From NCBI GenBank assembly GCA_038255465.1, contig JBBSLJ010000001.1, positions 54,274-118,273 of the forward strand: 64,000 nucleotides of DNA, written 5' to 3'. A model generated the notes under the pieces. It worked only from the letters and a program-made list of their open reading frames with translations, had not been told where the DNA came from and did no database searches. Position 1 is the stretch's first letter. Every line of letters starts with the position of its first letter. The stretch is from Candidatus Saccharimonadales bacterium. GTDB taxonomy: Bacteria > Patescibacteriota > Saccharimonadia > Saccharimonadales > JACDFO01. This document shows, in pieces, positions 29,996-39,296 of this stretch. Made by a program: the position numbers and the translations under genes.

Positions 29996-31903
29996 ATGGA
30001 ATTATTCAACCCAGCCGACAGCTATATACGCCTTGCTACTGCCTGCCCTGAGGTATCAGTTGCCGACGTTAAGACGAATATTGTGGCCATTAGTGAGCTC
30101 TATGCCCAGGCCTCACAAGATGGGGCCGCCCTGATTGTCTTTCCTGAATTAAGCATCACTGGTTATTCGCTTGGTGATTTGGTGCAGCAAAATGCTTTGT
30201 TGTTACAAGCCGAAAAGGGCTTAGGCGAGTTAGCCGCTGCCAGCAAAAATTCTGACACTGCGATGGTGGTTGGCCTGCCCCTACGGGTAAGCAATAGTCT
30301 ATACAACTGCGCCGCTGTAATTGCAAAAGGCGAAATTAAAGGAATTGTTCCAAAACAAAATTTGCCGGCAAGCGGTGAATTTTACGAAAAACGTTGGTAT
30401 AAAACCTGGGATCAACCCACCACTACGCTTACTATTGACGGCAAGAATGTACCTTTTGGAAACGACCTTTTGTTTGACGTTGGCGGAGTCAAAACCGGTG
30501 TAGAGGTTTGCGAAGATTTATGGGTACTTAATGCGCCCCATATTGATCAAGTTAATAACGGGGCGCTGGTAATCGCAAACCCTTCCGCCTCACCCGAGTT
30601 GGTTGCCAAGGCCGCTTATCGACGCGACCTTGTCCGTATTGATTCAGCGAAAATGATTGGCGCCTATGTCTATGCAGGGTGCGATTGGACTGAGTCAACA
30701 ACCGATGTTGTTATGAGCGGACATCAGATTATTGCCGCAAGCGGCCGGATTGTGGCCGAGCGTAGACCATTCCAGCCAAATACTCGAGTTATGATGGCCG
30801 ATATCGACATCGACCACTTGCGACACGACCGTTTGCGCGATACCAATTTTGTTAATAAGCTGGGCAGCACCGTTGTTCAGGTTACCGTCGAGCGGCCAGA
30901 GATTGAACCTGCGGCGGATATCAATCCGCACCCATTCCTACCTGGTGGAGAAACGAATGAACAGCACGCTGAACGGCTGCAGTCGATTATTGACATCCAG
31001 GCGCACGGCTTGGCGCGTAGGATTAAACAGAAAGGTTTACGTACGATACATCTAGGGCTTTCAGGAGGACTCGATTCAACCTTGGCGTTTCTAGTTGGAG
31101 TCCGGGCTGCCGAAATTGTTGGCGAGGAGCCCAAAAGTATCCTCAAAACCTATACAATGCCCGGCGAGGCAAGTTCAGACCGTACCCAAACAAATGCCGT
31201 CAAACTGGCTAAGCTCTACGGTATCGATAACGAGGTTGTTCCAATTGGTGAGCTAACCAATAAAATGCTGGAGGCTCTTAGGCACACCGGCGAGCAAGAT
31301 ATAACCTATGAAAACGCCCAGGCCAGGACGCGAACTACATTTTTGTATAACAAAGCCAACCAACTTGGGGGCATAGTACTTGGAACCGGAGACTTAAGCG
31401 AAATTGCGCTTGGCTGGTGCACTTTTAACGCCGATCAATCCAGCCATTATCATGTCAATGCCGGCGTACCAAAAACTCTGGTTCAGCACCTGGTACAGCA
31501 TGTTGCAACGACTACTTTAGATAGCCAGGCAAGGACCGTGCTGCAAGATATACTGGACACACCAGTGTCACCAGAGCTGGTAAGCGAAAAAGACGGACAG
31601 ATTAGTCAAAAAACCGAGGACATAATCGGACCGTATGAGCTGCATGACTTCTTTTTGTATCAGTTGATTCGCTGGGGTGACACGCCGGCTAAAGTCCAAT
31701 GCTTAGCAGAAAAAGCGTTTCAGGACTCATATGAACCTGAAGAAATCAGCAAATGGTTACAGGTCTTTACGACTAGGTTTATATTTAGTCAGTTCAAGCG
31801 CTCAGTGATGCCTGACGGCGTCAAAGTCGGCAGCATTGCTTTAAGCCCGCGCGGCGACTGGCGCATGCCGTCTGATCTATATAACACGGCCGTTTGGCAG
31901 TAG
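29996..31903 (+). CDS. nadE: Glutamine-dependent NAD+ synthetase (N-terminal CN-hydrolase/nitrilase domain plus NadE PP-loop domain)
   Basis: 635 aa. A nitrilase-like N-domain, then the PP-loop GLSGGLDSTLAFLV. Confidence 0.9.
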   Translation: MELFNPADSYIRLATACPEVSVADVKTNIVAISELYAQASQDGAALIVFPELSITGYSLGDLVQQNALLLQAEKGLGELAAASKNSDTAMVVGLPLRVSNSLYNCAAVIAKGEIKGIVPKQNLPASGEFYEKRWYKTWDQPTTTLTIDGKNVPFGNDLLFDVGGVKTGVEVCEDLWVLNAPHIDQVNNGALVIANPSASPELVAKAAYRRDLVRIDSAKMIGAYVYAGCDWTESTTDVVMSGHQIIAASGRIVAERRPFQPNTRVMMADIDIDHLRHDRLRDTNFVNKLGSTVVQVTVERPEIEPAADINPHPFLPGGETNEQHAERLQSIIDIQAHGLARRIKQKGLRTIHLGLSGGLDSTLAFLVGVRAAEIVGEEPKSILKTYTMPGEASSDRTQTNAVKLAKLYGIDNEVVPIGELTNKMLEALRHTGEQDITYENAQARTRTTFLYNKANQLGGIVLGTGDLSEIALGWCTFNADQSSHYHVNAGVPKTLVQHLVQHVATTTLDSQARTVLQDILDTPVSPELVSEKDGQISQKTEDIIGPYELHDFFLYQLIRWGDTPAKVQCLAEKAFQDSYEPEEISKWLQVFTTRFIFSQFKRSVMPDGVKVGSIALSPRGDWRMPSDLYNTAVWQ

Positions 31904-31922
31904 ATAGTGTAAGATAAGGAAT

Positions 31923-32600
31923 ATGTACAAAGGTGAATATAACCCACCGATTCTAACGGTTGACACTGTTATTCTTCAGTTGATTGACAATGAGTTATTT
32001 GTTTTGTTGATACAACGTCAAAATGAGCCGTTTAAGGGCACATGGGCACTACCGGGCGCTTATAATGCTGCAGGTGAAACAACTAAAGGTGCCATGACTA
32101 GGATGCTAAAAGCTAAGGGCGGAGTCGAGATCAATGATCTTCGACTGGTTGAGCAGCTCTATACTTTTGATACGGTGGCTCGTGATCCGCGCGGCCATGC
32201 TGTTTCAGTCACCTATATGGGGCTTGGTAAGGATATTGTACCGAAAGCCAGCAAAACTACGCAGGATCCGCAGTTCTTCCCTGTTAAGATTCTCCCAAAA
32301 TTAGCCTATGATCATAAAGATATCATTGGCTATGCGCATGAGCGACTGCAATCTAAAGTAACATACACTAACGCGGTTTTTGCCTTGCTTGATCCTTTCT
32401 TTACGTTGTCTCAATTGCAAAGCGCATATGAAGCAATTTTATGTAGAGAACTTGATAAAAGAAACTTCCGTAAAAAGTTTTTAAGCCTTGATCTTATACA
32501 TGCCACTAGTGAGATGCAGCGCGAAGGCGCTCATCGTCCGGCGCGTCTTTATACCTTTAATAGTCACGAGCTAGAAAGTTTGTCTAGGAGTTTTGATTAG
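31923..32600 (+). CDS. nrtR: Nudix-related transcriptional regulator NrtR (Nudix-like ADP-ribose sensing domain plus C-terminal winged helix)
   Basis: 225 aa. The N-terminal Nudix fold lacks the full REx2EE box (ligand-binding rather than catalytic). The C-terminus (SQLQSAYEAILCRELDKRNFRKKF...RPARLYTF) matches the NrtR wHTH pattern. The gene follows nadE with a Shine-Dalgarno sequence. Confidence 0.7.
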   Translation: MYKGEYNPPILTVDTVILQLIDNELFVLLIQRQNEPFKGTWALPGAYNAAGETTKGAMTRMLKAKGGVEINDLRLVEQLYTFDTVARDPRGHAVSVTYMGLGKDIVPKASKTTQDPQFFPVKILPKLAYDHKDIIGYAHERLQSKVTYTNAVFALLDPFFTLSQLQSAYEAILCRELDKRNFRKKFLSLDLIHATSEMQREGAHRPARLYTFNSHELESLSRSFD

Positions 32601-33114
32601 CCATCAAGACTGAAAAAGCAGCCAGAACTCCAGTTCTGTATAGCTCTTCAGCTGGTAATCGACCGTCCGTCATAACACCAGAGCAATCACGGTCGATAAC
32701 TGTATGAGTTTTGTAAAGTTCTGCTACCGCATCGCTCATTTCAAGCCCGCTTTGTTCCATAAGAGTTTTCACTTTATCTGGCACAAAATGGGCCGGTGTA
32801 GTGCCGTAGCAATGATTGCCTGTGTCAACATCAATCACACAGACCCAGCCTAAGTTAAACCAGCCTTCGGGCATTACTTTTATGCCACCCTCCATACCAA
32901 CCGCGTATCTGGCAGAAGGCTTGTAACTTATGACATTCCGGGCACGGTTGTGCGCACCCATAATCATTTCTTCATCACTCATGGGTTGATCAGACACAGC
33001 GGATTTGGTGGCGAAGCCCATGATTTTTGTTTGCCCCAAATATAATTCAGGAACAGCAAGCCGCACCGCTTCTAGTTTTGTAGGGTTTTGAGATCCAACA
33101 GCGACTTCAATCAT
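32584..33114 (-). CDS. Non-canonical purine NTP phosphatase (inosine/xanthosine triphosphatase, YjjX/DUF84-like)
   Basis: 176 aa. N-terminal VAVGSQNPTKLEAV, typical of the Maf/Ham1-like YjjX family. Confidence 0.55.
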   Translation of the reverse strand: MIEVAVGSQNPTKLEAVRLAVPELYLGQTKIMGFATKSAVSDQPMSDEEMIMGAHNRARNVISYKPSARYAVGMEGGIKVMPEGWFNLGWVCVIDVDTGNHCYGTTPAHFVPDKVKTLMEQSGLEMSDAVAELYKTHTVIDRDCSGVMTDGRLPAEELYRTGVLAAFSVLMANQNS

Positions 33115-33127
33115 AATCCGACTCCTA

Positions 33128-34054
33128 TCATTTTAACAATGTGTCTATTAATGCCATTCTTATGTACAAACCGTTCTCGGTTTGCCTAAAATAAGCAGCT
33201 CTTGGGTCATGATCCACGTTAGGATGAATCTCGTCAGTTCTAGGTAATGGGTGCATAATAATTGCCTGCTCAGGGATCACCTGTAAAGCAGCTTGATCTA
33301 TAACAAACTGGTCTTCAATATTCGGGTTAATCCCCAAAGCCTCCAATCGTTCCCTCTGAATCCGAGTCCAATACACCACGTCAGCTACATGTATAGCTTC
33401 GAACATATCTTCAGTCACAGTGTACGAAACACCTTTATCCTCTAGAAAGAGTCTGACTTCATCACCTATTTGTAGTTCCGGTACAGATACAAAACTTATG
33501 TGATTATCATCGTAAAGTGCTAGCATCTGGGCAAGCGAACGAGCCGTACGCCCGCCCAATAAATCACCACCAATGACAACATTTAGCCCACTCAGACGTT
33601 CTTTCTCGCGTTTGATAGTATAAAGATCCAACAAAGCCTGTGTAGGGTGTTCGCCGTTGCCATCACCTGCGTTTATGATCGGTACACCGCTAACCGAAGC
33701 GGCGCGATCTGCAGAACCAACTTCTTTGTGTCTAAGCACAACGATATCAGCATAACCGTCCAATACCTGAACCGTGTCTTCGATTGTCTCACCCTTCACG
33801 GCTGATGAGAATTCTCCTGCGTTTTCTGTACTCAAAATACCCAGCCCGAGCCTTTGTGCGGCCGACTCAAAACTCAAGCGCGTTCTGGTTGATGGTTCAT
33901 AAAATAACGTCGCCAGCATTGAACCAACATGGCGTCCAGCTAAGTCTTGTCTTGATTCTCTATCTGATAGCAGCTCGCGCATATCATCAGCTTCTTGGAA
34001 AATTTCCGATAATGACTCAGGCGTAAATTGTTTTGCAGATAAGACATGTCTCAT
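33128..34054 (-). CDS. pyrB: Aspartate carbamoyltransferase catalytic chain
   Basis: 308 aa. STRTR carbamoyl-phosphate motif, HPTQ, and the HPLPR motif that distinguishes ATCase from OTCase. Confidence 0.85.
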   Translation of the reverse strand: MRHVLSAKQFTPESLSEIFQEADDMRELLSDRESRQDLAGRHVGSMLATLFYEPSTRTRLSFESAAQRLGLGILSTENAGEFSSAVKGETIEDTVQVLDGYADIVVLRHKEVGSADRAASVSGVPIINAGDGNGEHPTQALLDLYTIKREKERLSGLNVVIGGDLLGGRTARSLAQMLALYDDNHISFVSVPELQIGDEVRLFLEDKGVSYTVTEDMFEAIHVADVVYWTRIQRERLEALGINPNIEDQFVIDQAALQVIPEQAIIMHPLPRTDEIHPNVDHDPRAAYFRQTENGLYIRMALIDTLLK

Positions 34055-34215
34055 GATGGCCTAATTGTACGCATCTCGGCATGCATAAACAAAAACGGTT
34101 TCACTTTTCGCTCTTTAGAGCTCGCCAGCATGACTGCACATTCATGAAAGTGAACTTGGGAAAGGATAAAAAATCGGAGCTGGAGGCTCAAAAACGATTT
34201 TTTACCCGGCCTGCT

Positions 34216-34239
34216 GGCGGGGACAACATTGTCCCCGCC
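34216..34239 (-). terminator. Perfect 11-bp inverted repeat GGCGGGGACAA-ca-TTGTCCCCGCC
   Basis: Lies about 30 bp downstream of the stop of the small membrane ORF 34270..34569 (minus). The following T-run is interrupted, so its terminator function is uncertain. Confidence 0.35.
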
Positions 34240-34269
34240 ACCCGTGCCGGTCTGTAGATCGTAGACCCG

Positions 34270-34569
34270 CTAGAAACCGATGATGCAGCGAGCTGCGAAG
34301 AAAACGCCGAGGGCGATCAGTATGCAGTTCAAGCTTCGCGCACGGTAACCACTTACAAGATTTATTCCACCCAGCAACACCAGGAACGAAGATGCATGCG
34401 TTGTGAGAATCCTCACCGTAAGGCTGAGATTGCTGTAATCGTACCACCACGTCAGTGGACTCACGATGGTTACGATTACCATCATCATGCTGAAATACAC
34501 GAAGATGACGAAATTCGCCACGGGGGGCAGAGCTGAACTCTCGGTCACTTTTTCAGTGGTTGTGGACAT
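34270..34569 (-). CDS. Small hydrophobic membrane protein (hypothetical)
   Basis: 99 aa with about three hydrophobic segments. The overlapping 34202..34450 ORF on the same strand is a probable shadow. Confidence 0.35.
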   Translation of the reverse strand: MSTTTEKVTESSALPPVANFVIFVYFSMMMVIVTIVSPLTWWYDYSNLSLTVRILTTHASSFLVLLGGINLVSGYRARSLNCILIALGVFFAARCIIGF

Positions 34570-34769
34570 GCCTAAACCATCCTTTCAAGGATGACTACAA
34601 GGTGCTACCTTTGGGCGTCAAAGGCCAACGTCTATTGCTAGATTAAATTACTATAGCATGTATTGTTTTTTTGTAAAGGTTTAACTTCTTACCCACAACG
34701 CAAAATTTAGTATAATATTTATATTACATATTATTGATGTTTGTTCTATAAGATTGTATAATTTGGTTC

Positions 34770-36530
34770 ATGGAACTTCATACATCTGGCACCAATCCTG
34801 AACATTTTAATACCCGGAACGTGTCACGACCGGCAAGCGAATTATTGCTTGATTATGAATTGGCACGTACTGCCTGGCCGTATGAGAGTAGCTCTTACCC
34901 GGAATTTTTAACTCAGATCGACGAGCGATCAATGCAATCTGCTCTGATAAATGATGTTATTAGCCAGATTCCTAGCCCCACAATGGCAGTCGATGAGGCT
35001 GTTGAACAAGGTCACGTATCAGAGATGCAAGCAGGTGATTTGTACGACAACCTAGCAGCTGTTTTGGGGAATGACGATTATATGCGCCTTGCGCTGTACC
35101 TGCCGCTTGAACTCTTGCCAGACAGCGGGTGGGTACCCGAGACCAATGATCTTTCGGATGCTATTAATTGCTTTAAACAAAGCTACATGCGTGCGTGGTA
35201 TAGTCTGCTAACAGTTCAAGATGTACGAGCGAATTTTGTCGACGGTGATGTTTTAGAGCCCGAGCTCAGAACCGGCGATCTGCCGAGAGTAATCAAGGCC
35301 GTTCATCTTATTCCTACGTTAGTTGCACGCGGTTTAATTTCGCTCGACCACATACAAGAATTGTTGAGTACTAGCGATGATCCTCTTTTAAAACAAAACC
35401 TTAAGGACATGTTGGACGTCATTGCTGGCACCGAGCAAACCTCTCAGATTGAGCCCCAGCGCCGGTCAGAGGGTGTGATAACCGAAAGAAGACAGGCTTG
35501 GTTGGATCAAAAAACAATAAACGAGGCTATAGAAACACAGTCCGAGCGTTTAATTAGCGAACTAACCGAGCATCCAGACGCTTACGAATCGCTGTCAGGA
35601 CTTTTAACATCCACTAACATGACGTCAGTACTTGTTGGCATTGAGGCAGTGCGCAAGATTGTATTACAGTCTGAAGATCCTTTAAGCAAATATAAGCTAT
35701 ACGAGCCGTTACTGGTTGGATTATGGCAGGCGCCTGATCAAGACATCAAAGAACGATTAACAAAATCATTCCGACATTTTTTTAGGCAAGGCATTATGGA
35801 CAATGAATCAGTAACCTCGCTGGGGGTACAATTACCCAACCCAGCAGGACTATTATCTGAAAACATGCGGCTGATTCCCACAGAAATCGAACAGCTAAAG
35901 AATGTTGCACACCGAATTGAAGCAGACCCTTGGATTTCGCGGTACGTATACCCTGTGATTGCTTTTGGAGGTTCTAAACTAAAAGGCTACGGCGAGGAAA
36001 GTTCTGATATTGATACTTGTATATTCATACGGCCCAACACGGCCGAAGACACAAAAAAGCAGCTTAGATTACGCTTGAAAGCTATTTTTGAAGCAGAGGG
36101 CCAACTTGAGGAACCTATTGAATTTTGGCTAGAGGAAGCGGGCGAACATTTAAGTGTTCGAAGATCAGAAGAGGGCGATTCACATACGGCTGATGCCTAC
36201 TGGACGCACTTACTGTTTAATGCGGCATGGATTGGTTCGCTTGCAAATACCAACACGTTAAGAGAGACCTTACTAAGCAGCTATTTTTATACTACGGAGG
36301 CTCGTGAATTAGATATGAGCGAACGCAAGTTATATCTCGAGCGAATGGAGCAGGATGCGCTGCAATATCGGTTACTCCACAAAGGATATGCAAAGCATTA
36401 TCCACCACATAGTACTAAAGGATTACCGCAGTCAGCCGCGATTGATAGCCAAAGTGTTTTTTGGGATGCTGGCTACCGCCGCCTAGCAACAAAGTTATTT
36501 TTAGAACGCGTATTCCTGCCTAAATTATAG
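34770..36530 (+). CDS. Large hypothetical protein with a Pol-beta-superfamily nucleotidyltransferase motif
   Basis: 586 aa. The motif IAFGGSKLKGYGEESSDIDTCIF ([G/S]-x10-D-x-D) lies about two-thirds into the protein. It is preceded by an AT-rich promoter region and has no other recognisable domain. Confidence 0.55.
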   Translation: MELHTSGTNPEHFNTRNVSRPASELLLDYELARTAWPYESSSYPEFLTQIDERSMQSALINDVISQIPSPTMAVDEAVEQGHVSEMQAGDLYDNLAAVLGNDDYMRLALYLPLELLPDSGWVPETNDLSDAINCFKQSYMRAWYSLLTVQDVRANFVDGDVLEPELRTGDLPRVIKAVHLIPTLVARGLISLDHIQELLSTSDDPLLKQNLKDMLDVIAGTEQTSQIEPQRRSEGVITERRQAWLDQKTINEAIETQSERLISELTEHPDAYESLSGLLTSTNMTSVLVGIEAVRKIVLQSEDPLSKYKLYEPLLVGLWQAPDQDIKERLTKSFRHFFRQGIMDNESVTSLGVQLPNPAGLLSENMRLIPTEIEQLKNVAHRIEADPWISRYVYPVIAFGGSKLKGYGEESSDIDTCIFIRPNTAEDTKKQLRLRLKAIFEAEGQLEEPIEFWLEEAGEHLSVRRSEEGDSHTADAYWTHLLFNAAWIGSLANTNTLRETLLSSYFYTTEARELDMSERKLYLERMEQDALQYRLLHKGYAKHYPPHSTKGLPQSAAIDSQSVFWDAGYRRLATKLFLERVFLPKL

Positions 36531-36590
36531 GTATAAAAAGAAAAGAGGGCCCTCAAGCAAAAACGTAAAAACGTCATGCGAGGACCCTTA

Positions 36591-36630
36591 GGGGTCCAGG
36601 TGCAGTCACGAATGACTGCCCCTGGACCCC
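36591..36630. terminator. Long hairpin (18-bp stem GGGGTCCAGGTGCAGTCA / TGACTGCCCCTGGACCCC, 1 mismatch, loop cgaa) at the island left border
   Basis: It sits between the convergent 586-aa gene (+) and the 399-aa island gene (-). On the minus strand it is followed by TTTTTacgTTTTT. Adjacent short palindromes are GAGGGCCCTC and GGACCC-tta-GGGGTCC. Confidence 0.5.
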
Positions 36631-36654
36631 GGGTGGGGTTACGACCTCAAGGGC

Positions 36655-37854
36655 CTAGAGGCGGCTGCCTCCAATGCCCGAGATCTTGCGACCCCCTCCG
36701 CTCAGCTGAGCCCAGTCGATCTGAGCACCGAGCATTTGCAGAGCTCCGAAGTACTGGAGCTCTTCGTTGCCGGCAGGCTGGTCGTCTGCCTGCATCAGAC
36801 CGAGGACGTACCTGGTGAGGTTCGTCTCCAGCCGGGGATAGGTGGCGCTGACGTTGGCACCCAACAGCTTGAGCATCTGCTCGCGGTTGGGCGCACCGAC
36901 TAGCGCCGGAAGGCGCGGGTTTTCCAGCGACTTCTTGATCTCGACCGCCTCATAGGCGAGAGCAGCCGCGATCTGAGCACCAGTGCCGGCGAAGATGCGG
37001 TTGACGGCATCGTTCACGGCACTTGCGTGGTCCCGCAGAACACCCGTTTCGGGTGGCTGCATCATGCCCGGAGGCAAGGCCATACCTCCAGCACCACCCG
37101 ACAGCAACGATGCCATGAGCACCGCCGGGTTGGCGACGCCTTGCATCCAAGCCTCCTGCCACGCCTTCAGCTGGTTGCTGAAGTCCTGGATGGCCGGCCA
37201 CAGCAGGTTGTCGATCCGCTTGAGCAGCTCCTTCTTCCGGCCCTCGGTGACGTAGTTTCCCGTCAACCCAGGGATCGCCGAGAAGATGTCGCCGTAGCTA
37301 CGGCGCGTCAGCTGCTCCCGCAACGGGAAGTAGATCGCCGGATCCACCTGCTCTTCGTTGGTGTCGGCGAACTTCTCCATCAGGGCCACCAGCTTGCCCG
37401 GGATTTCGTACAACCCGACCTGGTATGCCAAGGCCGCCCTGATGGCCGAGATGACGGTCGATTGGTCGACCTTCAGCACACCACCGGTTCGCAGAGCCGA
37501 CAGCCACGAGGCATCATCGGGCACCGACGGCAGGATGTCGAAGGCCGCGGCTCCCAGAGCAGCCGTGTCAGGCACGGGTGCCACCGGGGCGAAAGCAGCG
37601 ACCAGCTTGCGGGCCGGAACCACCTTCATGCCGACCTCGAGCAGGTCCTTCTCGGCCAGCGTGGCCAGGTCGTCCACCGTCGTGACGCCCAGCTCGTCCT
37701 TGATCTTGGCGATGATGTCGAGACCGACACCGTGCTCCAAGAGCCTGGCTGTCACCAGGTCAGGTGCTGTGGTCGCCGAAGCGGCCACGACGGGCGGCGG
37801 GTCAGCAGGAGCTGTGGGCTCCGGCGGAGGGGTTGCAGCAGTGTCATCTGCCAT
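36655..37854 (-). CDS. Hypothetical protein with Pro/Ala-rich N-terminus (last gene of the GC-rich cassette)
   Basis: 399 aa. I chose this frame over the overlapping plus-strand shadow ORFs because its composition is ordinary and it is co-directional with the AdSS-like gene. Confidence 0.5.
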   Translation of the reverse strand: MADDTAATPPPEPTAPADPPPVVAASATTAPDLVTARLLEHGVGLDIIAKIKDELGVTTVDDLATLAEKDLLEVGMKVVPARKLVAAFAPVAPVPDTAALGAAAFDILPSVPDDASWLSALRTGGVLKVDQSTVISAIRAALAYQVGLYEIPGKLVALMEKFADTNEEQVDPAIYFPLREQLTRRSYGDIFSAIPGLTGNYVTEGRKKELLKRIDNLLWPAIQDFSNQLKAWQEAWMQGVANPAVLMASLLSGGAGGMALPPGMMQPPETGVLRDHASAVNDAVNRIFAGTGAQIAAALAYEAVEIKKSLENPRLPALVGAPNREQMLKLLGANVSATYPRLETNLTRYVLGLMQADDQPAGNEELQYFGALQMLGAQIDWAQLSGGGRKISGIGGSRL

Positions 37855-37892
37855 GTTTGTTTCTCAACTTTCTCTCATGTTGGGTGGGATTT

Positions 37893-39275
37893 TCACTTGC
37901 AGAGCTTGTCAAGCTCGGTTGCCCCGAACGAAACCATCCTGGTTGGCACTCCGACCAATTCATCGACTACTCCCGCACAAACGCCGAATAGGCCGTCTTT
38001 GCTTGCGGTAGTAGCGATTGGGATGGATGTGATTTCGGGCTGACAGTCTAGCAGCCTTCGGCCAAGAGCCGTTTGATGCTCAAGGCTTGGGCGCTCATTC
38101 ACCAGGATTTCTCCTGAGGACGAAAAGAATGCGGAGTCATCCGTACCTTCGTACCTGTTGCAGAATTTCCAGATCTCGTTAATTTGGATCTGGTCAAACC
38201 ACGTGATGGCTAAGCCGTCGAACGCACTCGGTCCGCCACATGCCTCAAGAGCATATCGCAGCAGTACGAGGTCAAGCGGACCGACACGAACTTTGCCTTG
38301 GTAACGGTTTTCGTCTTTGTTACTGCCAGGCAGCAGACGTTCCGCTACTCTCGGGTCGGCGGTTGGCATTGGGCCAGCGCCATGCCTGACAGCGTAGGCG
38401 CGGGTTACCCCAATGTTCACTACCTGATCTGCAAAACCGGCGTCCTCGAGCATGCTATGCGTGAAGCGTGGCAGTGTCCGAATAGCGCTGGTATGCGGAT
38501 GAAACCCTATCAAGCGATCCGTGAGCACACCGTGCGACGTTTCCACGACTGCCGCGCCTTCTCTGGAAAGTATTTCATCTCCAAAAAATTCGTGGCCGAC
38601 GATCCTCGCCAGACTGCCCGCTTCATAAAACCGCATGACGACGTAGTCCAAAAACGCGTCGTTGTACAGAAGCTCTATCTCCTCCATAGCCGAATCTTGA
38701 TCGCCGGCAAGAAACTCACCGTCGACTATCGGCTGGAGGTCAGCCCGAATGCGATCACGAACAGTTGCCATCAGCTCTCGCAGATCAGGACGTTTCAAGT
38801 CCTTCGCCTTGATAGCTAACTCCGGCACTCGTCCGTAATCCCGATAGGCCTCACCGACGCCGGTGCCTATCGTCCCTCGCGGATTGTCACCCCTCGCCAT
38901 TTCTTTTAGGCGGGAAGCGATGCCGTGGAAGGGCGTGGCACACAATGCTTCTTCGTCCACCGTCAGTAGACTAAAAACATCATGGATACCATGATGGTAT
39001 CTCAGCGCGTCGGCTTCATTGAGTAATCCCTCCGGAGAGACAATCATCTGCTCCGAAAGGTGCGTTGGTATGCCTTCGAAAGTTCCGCACCCCCATTGGC
39101 TAAAAGCGAACTTCTCGCCTCTGGAAGTATGGACGCCGTGGCTTCCCTGGGCTCCACCTCGTTTGATGACGGTGTGGGCACGCATCATCGTTGCGATTTT
39201 GTGCACCACACCGCCTTTGCCACCGTCACCTGGCCCTAGATCGGTGACAACGTAAACCTTGCTGGTCATCGTCAT
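37893..39275 (-). CDS. Adenylosuccinate synthetase family protein, highly divergent (PurA/PurZ-like)
   Basis: 460 aa. VYVVTDLGPGDGGKGG matches the PurA P-loop GDEGKGK, RGGAQGSHG matches GGHNAGHT, TGVGEAYRDY matches RGIGPAYEDK, and AYAVRHGAGPMPT matches AYSTRVGAGPFPT. Several canonical catalytic residues appear substituted. Confidence 0.75.
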   Translation of the reverse strand: MTMTSKVYVVTDLGPGDGGKGGVVHKIATMMRAHTVIKRGGAQGSHGVHTSRGEKFAFSQWGCGTFEGIPTHLSEQMIVSPEGLLNEADALRYHHGIHDVFSLLTVDEEALCATPFHGIASRLKEMARGDNPRGTIGTGVGEAYRDYGRVPELAIKAKDLKRPDLRELMATVRDRIRADLQPIVDGEFLAGDQDSAMEEIELLYNDAFLDYVVMRFYEAGSLARIVGHEFFGDEILSREGAAVVETSHGVLTDRLIGFHPHTSAIRTLPRFTHSMLEDAGFADQVVNIGVTRAYAVRHGAGPMPTADPRVAERLLPGSNKDENRYQGKVRVGPLDLVLLRYALEACGGPSAFDGLAITWFDQIQINEIWKFCNRYEGTDDSAFFSSSGEILVNERPSLEHQTALGRRLLDCQPEITSIPIATTASKDGLFGVCAGVVDELVGVPTRMVSFGATELDKLCK

Positions 39276-39296
39276 CCCCTCTCTTGGGATAGATGC

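Noticed and set aside
34202-34450. ORF 34202..34450 (82 aa, Arg/Cys/Pro-rich)
   Set aside because: It overlaps the more plausible membrane ORF 34270..34569 on the same strand in another frame, and its composition looks like shadow.
37027-38043. Long plus-strand ORFs inside the GC-rich cassette (37027..38043, 37358..38011, 39322..39831, 39678..40505, 36576..36818 and several 60-90-aa ones)
   Set aside because: Their products are Arg/Gly/Pro/His-rich low-complexity strings, typical of out-of-frame or antisense reading of high-GC DNA. The minus-strand frames carry recognisable AdSS and kinase motifs and form a co-directional operon.
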